Shown here: one piece after another, positions 38,455-46,549 of the stretch
Layout: every line of letters starts with the position of its first letter
Numbering within the stretch: the stretch's first letter is position 1
Virus record (IMG/VR): IMGVR_UViG_3300030380_002146
Coordinates: 1-60,277 of that record
From: a virus
Lineage: Duplodnaviria > Caudoviricetes
Length of the DNA stretch: 60,277 bases
Direction: 5' to 3' (one strand)
Program-made: the position numbers and the translations under genes
Notes under the pieces: model-generated
The model's database searches: none
What the model was told of the DNA's origin: nothing
The model's input: only the letters and a program-made list of their open reading frames with translations

Positions 38455-38805
38455 ATGGCAAAAACTCAAAAGAAGGTCAACGCTTCCAAGTCAGTTGAAA
38501 AAGTAGAAGCTCCAAAGTTAGCAGTAGTATCACCAGTTGGAAACTCTGGTATACCTCGTCCAGCTAAGTCAGGCTTCGATATTCGCAAAGTAACATTATT
38601 AACCAAGACTATTGAAAATCGTAAGATTGCTGGTCAGGCTATGATTATCCTGAATACGCTCGAGGCTCTTGGTGGTTCTGCTACTCAAAAAGATGTAGTT
38701 GATAACCTTATCGCTAATGGTCTTGCGACTGTCCAAACTCCAAAGCGTATCTATGATTTCTATCGTAAGATGCTCGTCGAAGCTGAATATATCAAGCTTG
38801 ACTAA
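38455..38805 (+). CDS. Putative winged-helix-like protein (paralog family)
   Basis: Stand-alone unit with promoter, AGAAAGG RBS and terminator; aligns by eye with 39852..40232. Confidence 0.65.
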   Translation: MAKTQKKVNASKSVEKVEAPKLAVVSPVGNSGIPRPAKSGFDIRKVTLLTKTIENRKIAGQAMIILNTLEALGGSATQKDVVDNLIANGLATVQTPKRIYDFYRKMLVEAEYIKLD

Positions 38806-38814
38806 CCTCTCTTT

Positions 38815-38841
38815 GAAACCAGCTTCGGCTGGTTTCTTTTT
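38815..38841 (+). terminator. Rho-independent terminator
   Basis: gaaaccagc-ttcg-gctggtttc-ttttt. Confidence 0.9.
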
Positions 38842-39071
38842 CATCATCGTATTGCTTGACTGACTCGTCATCATACCTTTCATCATCATAGCCACTCACA
38901 TATACTTTTGAACTTTACTTTTATTTATGAATGACTGAACTGTATGTACTCTGTGATTGACTGACTGACTCGTCAAGTATTGTATACATAACAAACAGTT
39001 TTGACTCAGTATTCTTTTTAAATTTCCTAGGCTATAGTTAGTTATAAATTAACTTAGTAAAGGTAAAGTAA

Positions 39072-39404
39072 ATGGCTTATTTCAATAAATTGGTAAAAAA
39101 TATATTTAATGCGTGGTCTGATTCTAATCTTAATATCGTTTATGAATATACTCCTAGTTATGATACGTGTGGGTCTGGTGTTCCAACTTGCATGTGGGCT
39201 GACGTTGGTCAAAACTGTAATATAACTATAATCCGTTCCCCTTGGCAATCCCTTCCTGGTCACTATGATTGTATGCTTCATATTACTAATATGGATGATG
39301 ATGGTGGTCCTATTACTAAATCTTATTATATAGCTTCTTCCGATGATTACGATGAGGCTGAAAAAGCTCTTCTCATTGAGTTGTTGTTATGGGTGGAGGT
39401 ATGA
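39072..39404 (+). CDS. Hypothetical protein
   Basis: AAAGGT RBS downstream of an AT-rich promoter. Confidence 0.55.
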   Translation: MAYFNKLVKNIFNAWSDSNLNIVYEYTPSYDTCGSGVPTCMWADVGQNCNITIIRSPWQSLPGHYDCMLHITNMDDDGGPITKSYYIASSDDYDEAEKALLIELLLWVEV

Positions 39405-39607
39405 TAAAATTCGTATTAGAACTGCTCGGTATTAGTGGTCTCTTCCTCGTTTGGTGTGGCTTGCACTTTGCAGTTATTCCAATTATTGAACAGGGTTGGA
39501 ATGACCCTGTTACTCATGTGCTGTTCCTCGGAATAGGTTTGATTGGTCTGTTAGTAGTCATCATGGTTCTACTCTTCCCCTTCCTTCATGGTACTTCATC
39601 ATCATAA
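39401..39607 (+). CDS. Two-TM small membrane protein
   Basis: GGAGGT RBS; ATGA coupling; two hydrophobic helices. Confidence 0.6.
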   Translation: MIKFVLELLGISGLFLVWCGLHFAVIPIIEQGWNDPVTHVLFLGIGLIGLLVVIMVLLFPFLHGTSSS

Positions 39608-39617
39608 TAATGTTCCC

Positions 39618-39652
39618 TATAGGTGAGTGTATACACACTCGCCTGTATTTTT
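39618..39652 (+). terminator. Rho-independent terminator
   Basis: tataggtgagtgt-atac-acactcgcctgta-ttttt. Confidence 0.8.
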
Positions 39653-39851
39653 GCTCGGTGTATTGTCTGACTGACTGACTCTACGGCAGGAAATAGCGAA
39701 AATAGATAGTTAACAAGTTAATTAAATAATTTAACTTTTTTTAATTATTTTACTTTTTTTACTTTACTATAGTAAAAAAATGCTTAATATAATTAGTAAG
39801 GGGGCTAGGTGGTCTAGCCCCTATAATTAGAAAGTAAGAAAGGTCAATAAA

Positions 39852-40232
39852 ATGACAAATACTAAATCAAAGGTAGCCGTACCTACTAATAACGGTAAAG
39901 CAGATACACCTACTACTAACCCTAATACGGTTAACCGTATGGGTATACCTGCCCCTAGTAAAGGTAGCTCAGCTAATATAAAAGTTAGCCTAGCCCCTAA
40001 CGTATTAGACGTACTAACTAATAACCCTTTACCCCCACAAGCCCATTGCCTATTACTAGCCCTAGATAATCTAGGGGGTACGGCTAGTAAAGCTGAAATA
40101 CTAAAAGAGCTAGATAATACCCCTTTTAGTAGTACTCAATCTAAAGACCGTATATGGGCTTTCTACCGTCAACGGTTAATGGCTGAAGGTAAAGCATACG
40201 GTGGGGCTAACCCCTACCTAGTTAAGGCTTAA
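39852..40232 (+). CDS. Putative winged-helix-like protein (paralog family) with atypical codon usage
   Basis: GIPAPSKG, QAHCLLLALDNLGGTAS, QSKDRIWAFYR; own promoter and terminator. Confidence 0.65.
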   Translation: MTNTKSKVAVPTNNGKADTPTTNPNTVNRMGIPAPSKGSSANIKVSLAPNVLDVLTNNPLPPQAHCLLLALDNLGGTASKAEILKELDNTPFSSTQSKDRIWAFYRQRLMAEGKAYGGANPYLVKA

Positions 40233-40255
40233 ACGCCTAGCTACCTAGCCCCTAG

Positions 40256-40283
40256 CCCCTAGCCTAACGGCTAGGGGTTTTTT
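40256..40283 (+). terminator. Rho-independent terminator
   Basis: cccctagcc-taac-ggctagggg-tttttt. Confidence 0.85.
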
Positions 40284-40300
40284 ATTACCCTAAAATATTC

Positions 40301-40380
40301 GTGTACTAGTACACTAGTACGCATTAGTTAACATGTTAACTATCCCGCCCTACGGGCTTAACCCTAGCCCTACGGGCTAG
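40301..40380. repeat. Palindrome and hairpin cluster
   Basis: Perfect palindromes gtgtactagtacac (40301-40314) and tagttaacatgttaacta (40325-40342); gccctacgggct twice (40347, 40367). Confidence 0.85.
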
Positions 40381-40630
40381 ACCTTAAAAAGTTTTTAATA
40401 CCCCCTATTTATAACGGCTATAGCTAAACCCCTACCCCTAAAATAGTAAAAGCGACCACCTTTTTTAGCACTAAAGTGCAACTGCCTCGAATAATACGAG
40501 TCATTTTTTAGGATTGACAATTTTTGACCCCCACCCCATACTATAGTAAAAAAAGAGTCAGGAACCTTCTAACCCCCTTTTAATTTTTTTAAAAATAGTA
40601 TATATGTGAAATAACCATGGAGAATGACGC

Positions 40631-41335
40631 ATGAATATTGGTGGATTAGCATCTATTCCGACTAACGCTGCACCAAGGCAGATGTCGATGGGTGGACAGC
40701 CACATATGCTTGCTTATATAAATCCTCAAGAAGCCCAGTTATTAAAAGACCTTGGTGGAACAGGCAGTCCGACTATTGCTGGAATCCCAGCTTTTTACAA
40801 TCCTTCCGAGGATATGGGATTAGAAGATTCTCTTGCAGACCAACAATCTGTTTCAGCAGGAATGGGTGCGACATCTACTTCAGGAGACGAGGGAATTGGT
40901 CCAACAGATTTTGGATTAGATCCTTTTGGTGGAATGGGTCCAAATATGTCTGTAGATATGCAAGGTAATGTTACAGGTATAGCAGGCTATAGTCCGACGA
41001 TAGGAGGAAACCAAGGATATAATCCTGGAGATGTTTCTATGAAAGAACTACCAAGACCAGGACCAAGTTCCAGTTTTACTAGAAGTCCTAGTACGGGTGT
41101 TTCATTTACTCCTACGCAAATAGGCAAAGGAATAACAAGTCTTTTATCTCTTGTTCCTAGTCCTGTACAACCGATAGCTCAAGTAATTAGTAAAGGATTA
41201 GCCCTAAAAGATATCGGAAACGTAATTGGTGGCAATCGAGAAGGTGTACTTGGTAGTATAGTAGGGGCTATAGAAAATTTTTCATTAAATGATATAACAT
41301 CAAGTCTTGCAGCACAAGCTAGAGGTGAAAAGTGA
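40631..41335 (+). CDS. Putative internal virion-type protein
   Basis: GQPHMLAYINPQEAQLLKDLGGTGSP...GIPAF N-terminal motif; Gly/Ser-rich low complexity. Confidence 0.55.
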   Translation: MNIGGLASIPTNAAPRQMSMGGQPHMLAYINPQEAQLLKDLGGTGSPTIAGIPAFYNPSEDMGLEDSLADQQSVSAGMGATSTSGDEGIGPTDFGLDPFGGMGPNMSVDMQGNVTGIAGYSPTIGGNQGYNPGDVSMKELPRPGPSSSFTRSPSTGVSFTPTQIGKGITSLLSLVPSPVQPIAQVISKGLALKDIGNVIGGNREGVLGSIVGAIENFSLNDITSSLAAQARGEK

Positions 41336-42843
41336 ATCTTAATTCGATAGAAGATGTTCAATCCTTTATTGGCAATATAGATTTAACTACGTTAAAACGA
41401 GACGAGTTATTAGAATTAAATTTAATTACTGATGAATTACAACGACGTGAAAAACAAGAAGGCTGTCGAAAAGATTTTTTAACTTTTGTTAGAACGATGT
41501 GGAGTTCCTTTATCGAAGGTGCACATCACAGGATTATGTGCGAACAATTCAATAAGATAGCTAGAGGTGAATTAAGACGAGTTATAATAAACATGGCTCC
41601 TCGACATTCGAAATCAGAAATGTCTAGTTATATGTTACCCTCTTGGTTATTAGGAATTAAACCAGATTTAAAAATAATACAAGCGACACATACTGGCGAA
41701 CTGGCTGTAAGGTTTGGTAGGAAAGTCAGGGATTTAGTTGATACGAGAGAGTATAAAGAAATATTTCCAGATGTTTCTTTACGAGCAGATTCAAAAGCTG
41801 CAGGTCGATGGGAGACAACTGAGGGTGGCGAGTATTTTGCTTCGGGTGTCGGAGGTGCAATTACTGGTAGAGGTGCTGATATTTTAATAATTGACGATCC
41901 CCATTCGGAACAAGACGCATTAAGTGAAACAGCTATGGATATGGCTTATGAATGGTATACTTCTGGTCCACGACAGAGACTTCAACCTGGAGGAACGATC
42001 ATTCTTGTGATGACAAGATGGTCAAAAAAGGATCTAACAGGGCAATTATTGAAAGCCCAGATGTCAGATTTAAAAGCAGATAAGTGGGAACTCATTGAAT
42101 TTCCTGCAATTATGCCTTCTGGTAAGCCAGTTTGGGAAGAATTTTGGAAAATTGAAGAATTAGAAGGAATTAGAGCATCTTTACCTCATGGAAAATGGGC
42201 TGCACAGTGGATGCAAGAGCCTACAGGTGGAGAAGGTGCAATAATTAAGAAAGAATGGATAAATATTTGGGAAAAAAGCGAACCTCCTGTTGCTGAATAT
42301 ATAATTCAGAGTTATGATACTGCTTTTTTGAAGTCAGAACGTGCAGATTATAGTGCGATTACGACTTGGGGAGTATTTTATAAGGATGAGGGGGGCGAAC
42401 CTAACATAATTTTGCTTGATTCTATCAAAGATCGGTACGATTTTCCTGAATTAAAAGAAATTGCGTACGAAAACTATATACATTGGGATCCAGATGTAGT
42501 TATAATAGAAGCCAAAGCGTCAGGATTACCATTAACGCAAGAATTACGGAAGATGGGAATACCTGTACAAAATTATTCTCCAAATAGGGGGCAAGATAAG
42601 ATTGTTAGGGCTAATGCTGTCGCACCCTTATTCGAATCGGGAATGGTGTGGGTGCCAGAAACGAGATGGGCAGAGGAATTGGTGGAAGAACTTACGGAAT
42701 TTCCTAATGGTGAGCATGATGATTTGGTTGATTCTACTACTCAGGCTCTTTTACGATTTAGGCAGGGAGGTTTTTTGAAACATCCAAAAGATTACGAAGA
42801 CGAACCTCTAGGTTACGAAGCAAAAAGTTTTGTTTATTATTAA
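41332..42843 (+). CDS. terL: Terminase large subunit
   Basis: INMAPRHSKS, ITGRGAD.LIIDDP, VMTRW, QSYDTA, IEAKASG and HDDLVDS nuclease motif. Confidence 0.95.
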   Translation: MNLNSIEDVQSFIGNIDLTTLKRDELLELNLITDELQRREKQEGCRKDFLTFVRTMWSSFIEGAHHRIMCEQFNKIARGELRRVIINMAPRHSKSEMSSYMLPSWLLGIKPDLKIIQATHTGELAVRFGRKVRDLVDTREYKEIFPDVSLRADSKAAGRWETTEGGEYFASGVGGAITGRGADILIIDDPHSEQDALSETAMDMAYEWYTSGPRQRLQPGGTIILVMTRWSKKDLTGQLLKAQMSDLKADKWELIEFPAIMPSGKPVWEEFWKIEELEGIRASLPHGKWAAQWMQEPTGGEGAIIKKEWINIWEKSEPPVAEYIIQSYDTAFLKSERADYSAITTWGVFYKDEGGEPNIILLDSIKDRYDFPELKEIAYENYIHWDPDVVIIEAKASGLPLTQELRKMGIPVQNYSPNRGQDKIVRANAVAPLFESGMVWVPETRWAEELVEELTEFPNGEHDDLVDSTTQALLRFRQGGFLKHPKDYEDEPLGYEAKSFVYY

Positions 42844-42852
42844 GGATTTATC

Positions 42853-45201
42853 ATGGCAGTTGAAAAAGTAGTTCCAATTTTAGAAGAAGAAACTGTAGAA
42901 ATAGAAGTGACTCCTGTTGAAGAGGAAGTAACTTTTGACCCATCAAACACCGTTCTACTAGACGATGGTAGTGCTGTTGTTAATTATGAGGAGGAAGAAA
43001 ATGAGTCTGAAGACAATTTTAATGCAAACTTGGCAGAAAATATGGAAGATAGTCAGCTTGGAGAACTTACGAACGAACTGCTCGCTGCTTACAAAGACGA
43101 CCTCGAATCAAGGGCAGAGTGGCTTGAAAGCTACACCGAAGGACTTGACCTCCTTGGAACAAACACTGACGAAAGAAGCGAACCGTTCAGGGGGGCGTCA
43201 GGTGTCTACCACCCCCTCCTCGCAGAAAGTGCGACGCAATTCCAAAGTCAAGCGTACAAAGAACTCCTCCCCCCGAGTGGTCCAGTCCAAACGAGGCTCA
43301 TCGGTGAAACGAGTAAAGAAGTCGAAGCCCAAGCTCAAAGGGTAAAAGATTATATGAACTTTATGGTTCTTGATGTAATGGAAGAATTTGATCCTGAATT
43401 AGATCAGATGTTATACTACCTTCCGTTGTCAGGATCTACTTTTAAAAAGACATATTTCGATGAAACATTAGATAGACCTGTAAGTAAGTTTGTACCTGCA
43501 GATGATTTAGTTGTAGCGTATACCGAAAGTAATTTACAAACTTGTGGTCGTTTTACTCATGTAATAAATATGAGTTATAACGATTTAAGAAAACTTCAAG
43601 TGTCAGGTTTTTATAAAGATATAGAGATAATTGAAGATGAACAGGGGGATGAAAATGACTCTAAAGGCAAGATTCAAGATATAACAGGATTTAAGCGATC
43701 TTCTCAAACAAGCGATATGGTAACCATATTAGAAATGCATGTCGATTTAGATTTAGAAGGTTACGAAGACGAAGATAAAGACGGAGAAGCAACAGGAATA
43801 GCTATTCCTTATATTGTTACTATACACGAAGAAACAATGGATATATTAGCTATACGAAGAAACTATAGAGAGGATGATCCTAAAAAACAGAAGATCAGAT
43901 ATTTTACTCATTATAAGTTCACTCCTGGATTAGGTTTCTACGGTTTCGGATTAATACATATGATTGGAGGATTGACTAAATCAGCAACTTCTATTCTTAG
44001 ACAGCTAATTGACGCAGGCACATTAGCTAATTTACCAGCAGGATTTAAATCACGTGGGCTAAGAGTACGAGACGATGACCAACCTCTCCAACCAGGAGAA
44101 TTCCGAGACGTAGATGCTCCAGGATCATCGATTCGTGAAGCGATTATGCCCCTCCCCTACAAAGAGCCATCAGCTACCCTCCTCCAAATGCTTGGTGTCC
44201 TCATTGAAAGTGGTAGACGCTTTGCATCCGTCTCGGATCTTAATGTTGGCGACGGAAATCAAGCAGCACCAGTTGGAACAACAGTTGCTTTACTAGAACA
44301 AGGTACAAAGATACTTTCTGCAATACATAAACGATTACATTTTGCTCAAAGACAAGAGTTACGAATATTAGCAGAAGTTATAAAGAATTCAACTCCTTCG
44401 GAGTACCCATATCAATCTGCTGGGGCAGAAGCAACAATAAAAGCGTCTGATTTTGATGATAGAGTTGATGTTGTTCCAGTAAGTGACCCAGCTATGTTTA
44501 GTATGAGTCAAAGAATAACTATGGCACAAACACAACTTCAACTAGCACAGGCAGCACCACAAATCCATGACTTATATGAATCGTATCGTAGGATGTATTC
44601 GGCACTTGGGGTTCAGAATATTGATCAGTTATTACCACCTAAAGCTGAACAAGTACCGAAAGACCCTGCAAGTGAAAATATGGATGCACTTATGGCTAAA
44701 CCACTTAAAGCGTTTCAAGGACAAAATCACGACGCTCATGTAGCAACCCATACTGCGTTTTTACAAGATCCAAATATGCAAAAGAATCAAATGGCGATGC
44801 AAGGTCTAATGGCACATATGCAAGAACATTTAGCTTTGAAATATAAAGAACAAATTGAACAAACTCTCGGTCAACCACTTCCTGCTGCTGGTCAAGTATT
44901 ACCACCTGAACAAGAAGCGATGTTGGCTCAAGCAACTGCTCAAGCAACTCAGGAGATTAGTCAGATGGCACAGCAAATCGCAGGAACAGGACAGTTTGAT
45001 CCTATTGTAAAACTAAAAGAACAAGAGATACAAGTAGAACAATCCGAAGTACAAAGAAAAGCAGCAGCAGACCAAGCAAAACAACAACTTGCTATAGCAA
45101 AAATGCAACAAGACGCAACTTTAAAAGAAAAAGAGCTACAATCAGAAGAAGATATTGCAGCATTACGAGCAAATGTAACTTTAGCAACCTCGAAAGGATA
45201 A
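42853..45201 (+). CDS. Portal protein (P22-like podovirus type)
   Basis: Follows terL; 782 aa; GSTFKKTY, GFYGFGL, LRQLIDAGTL; Gln-rich C-terminal barrel-like region. Confidence 0.85.
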   Translation: MAVEKVVPILEEETVEIEVTPVEEEVTFDPSNTVLLDDGSAVVNYEEEENESEDNFNANLAENMEDSQLGELTNELLAAYKDDLESRAEWLESYTEGLDLLGTNTDERSEPFRGASGVYHPLLAESATQFQSQAYKELLPPSGPVQTRLIGETSKEVEAQAQRVKDYMNFMVLDVMEEFDPELDQMLYYLPLSGSTFKKTYFDETLDRPVSKFVPADDLVVAYTESNLQTCGRFTHVINMSYNDLRKLQVSGFYKDIEIIEDEQGDENDSKGKIQDITGFKRSSQTSDMVTILEMHVDLDLEGYEDEDKDGEATGIAIPYIVTIHEETMDILAIRRNYREDDPKKQKIRYFTHYKFTPGLGFYGFGLIHMIGGLTKSATSILRQLIDAGTLANLPAGFKSRGLRVRDDDQPLQPGEFRDVDAPGSSIREAIMPLPYKEPSATLLQMLGVLIESGRRFASVSDLNVGDGNQAAPVGTTVALLEQGTKILSAIHKRLHFAQRQELRILAEVIKNSTPSEYPYQSAGAEATIKASDFDDRVDVVPVSDPAMFSMSQRITMAQTQLQLAQAAPQIHDLYESYRRMYSALGVQNIDQLLPPKAEQVPKDPASENMDALMAKPLKAFQGQNHDAHVATHTAFLQDPNMQKNQMAMQGLMAHMQEHLALKYKEQIEQTLGQPLPAAGQVLPPEQEAMLAQATAQATQEISQMAQQIAGTGQFDPIVKLKEQEIQVEQSEVQRKAAADQAKQQLAIAKMQQDATLKEKELQSEEDIAALRANVTLATSKG
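43001..43345 (+). CDS. Candidate overprinted gene within the portal (+1 frame)
   Basis: GAGGAGG 6 nt before the ATG at 43001; 114 open codons coinciding with a local switch to C-ending portal codons. Confidence 0.45.
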   Translation: MSLKTILMQTWQKIWKIVSLENLRTNCSLLTKTTSNQGQSGLKATPKDLTSLEQTLTKEANRSGGRQVSTTPSSQKVRRNSKVKRTKNSSPRVVQSKRGSSVKRVKKSKPKLKG

Positions 45202-45204
45202 GAT

Positions 45205-45483
45205 ATGCCAAGTCGTATGAAACAAATTATGGATGAGTTAAAAGACGAAACTGATCCAGATAAAATTCAAATATTAGAACTAGACCTACAAACTCTTTTA
45301 GGTACTAAGCCAAAAGGAAAAGGCAAAGGTGTAAAAAGTAAAGCTGGAGGTGGTTCTATGGCTGGGAATATTCAAGGCGATATGGATTTTGCAGGTCTTA
45401 CAGGAGACGAAGTCCTAGCAACGAATATGTCAAGAGGTGGTCGTAAGGCTATAAAAGGATTAAAATTTAAAGGTATATTTTAG
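45205..45483 (+). CDS. Small virion-associated protein (GG-motif type)
   Basis: KAGGGSM and C-terminal SRGGRKAIKGLKFKGIF. Confidence 0.6.
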   Translation: MPSRMKQIMDELKDETDPDKIQILELDLQTLLGTKPKGKGKGVKSKAGGGSMAGNIQGDMDFAGLTGDEVLATNMSRGGRKAIKGLKFKGIF

Positions 45484-45493
45484 GGAGAATAAA

Positions 45494-45880
45494 ATGGCAC
45501 CAAAAGAAAAGAAAATTGTTCGTGCAAGCGATTCTTCACTTCTTAAAAGATTTGCAAAAAGGTTTGGGGCAAAGTTAATAGAAGATATGACAGACAAACA
45601 GATGCAAAAAATGCTAGATGAGCCTGATAGCGTTTTTGGCAAATTCAAAACAATAAGTAAAGTAGAAAATGAAAGACTAAAACGAAAAAGACTTACTTCA
45701 AAAGCATACCAAGATAAAATTTTAAGAGACGATTCAGACATGGTAAAAGATATGAAATTCGAAAAGGCAATGAAGAAAAGGTATAATGAAAGAAGAAACA
45801 AAGTACAATCGAAATCTCTTGGTGGCTATATGGGTGTTGTAATGGCTGGACGAGGTGGATCATTTAAAGGTTCTTCTTAA
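45494..45880 (+). CDS. Basic small protein (GG-motif type)
   Basis: KSLGGYMG...GRGGSFKG; GGAG RBS. Confidence 0.6.
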   Translation: MAPKEKKIVRASDSSLLKRFAKRFGAKLIEDMTDKQMQKMLDEPDSVFGKFKTISKVENERLKRKRLTSKAYQDKILRDDSDMVKDMKFEKAMKKRYNERRNKVQSKSLGGYMGVVMAGRGGSFKGSS

Positions 45881-46071
45881 TGGATATAGTTACTTATTTA
45901 CAAAAAGTAATTCAAGAACGACGAGCAGAGATTAGCGAAACGCTAATGTCGAGTGGTGTTGGCGATATGAGTCAATACCAACATTTCATGGGGCAAGTAT
46001 CTGCTCTTGCATTTATGGAACAAACATTAAGTAAAATAAAAACAAATATGGAGACGCTAGACGATGACTAA
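45880..46071 (+). CDS. Conserved hypothetical protein upstream of GroES
   Basis: TAATG coupling; YQHFMGQVSAL helical motif. Confidence 0.6.
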   Translation: MDIVTYLQKVIQERRAEISETLMSSGVGDMSQYQHFMGQVSALAFMEQTLSKIKTNMETLDDD

Positions 46072-46540
46072 AACACTATTCGTACCTGATCATATAGCTC
46101 AGGCACGCTCGACTGCAGCAAAAAAATCTGCAGTATCGTCAGACTTAAATCCTTTAGACCCATCTAAGTTTGGGTTGCCAGAACAGGACGAAAGTTTATC
46201 TGCTTTGGAAAGATTGCCAAAGCCGACAGGATGGAGAATTTTAATACTTCCTTATGTAATGCCGAGTGAAACTAAGAACGGCATAATTCTTTCAGATGAG
46301 ACAGTTGAGCGTAACAGAGTTGCAACTAATGTTGGCTATGTAGTCAGTGTTGGTCCAGACGCATATAAAGATAAAGATAAATTTCCTGATGGTCCTTGGT
46401 GTAAAAAGGGTGATTGGGTTTTATTTGGTCGATACGCTGGATCTAAATTTAAAATAATCGGTGCTGAACCTCGTTTATTAAATGATGACGAAATACTAGC
46501 AACGATTGGTCACCCATCTGATATATTACATGTAGTATAG
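46064..46540 (+). CDS. groES: Co-chaperonin GroES (cpn10)
   Basis: PTGWRILI, TKNGIIL, VVSVGP, GDWVLFGRYAG and LLNDDEILA. Confidence 0.9.
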   Translation: MTKTLFVPDHIAQARSTAAKKSAVSSDLNPLDPSKFGLPEQDESLSALERLPKPTGWRILILPYVMPSETKNGIILSDETVERNRVATNVGYVVSVGPDAYKDKDKFPDGPWCKKGDWVLFGRYAGSKFKIIGAEPRLLNDDEILATIGHPSDILHVV

Positions 46541-46549
46541 GAGTTTTAA

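Larger units (their letters stand above)
38293..39700 (+). repeat. Dispersed (TGAC)n/GACT tracts upstream of three promoters
   Basis: Tracts near 38293-38326, 38856-38870, 38957-38970 and 39668-39680; shared aggaaatagcga and ttgtatacataa blocks. Confidence 0.75.

Noticed and set aside
39701-39750. CtrA box (TTAA-N7-TTAA) in a TTAA-rich promoter
   Set aside because: TTAA starts at 39710, 39718, 39722, 39731 and 39741; no pair has the required 11-nt offset.
40301-40342. Protelomerase (hairpin telomere) target site
   Set aside because: The palindromes are only 14-18 bp and no protelomerase or tyrosine recombinase is recognisable.
38293-40380. CRISPR-like or mini-array interpretation of the repeats
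   Set aside because: No constant-length repeat with regular unique spacers, and no cas genes.
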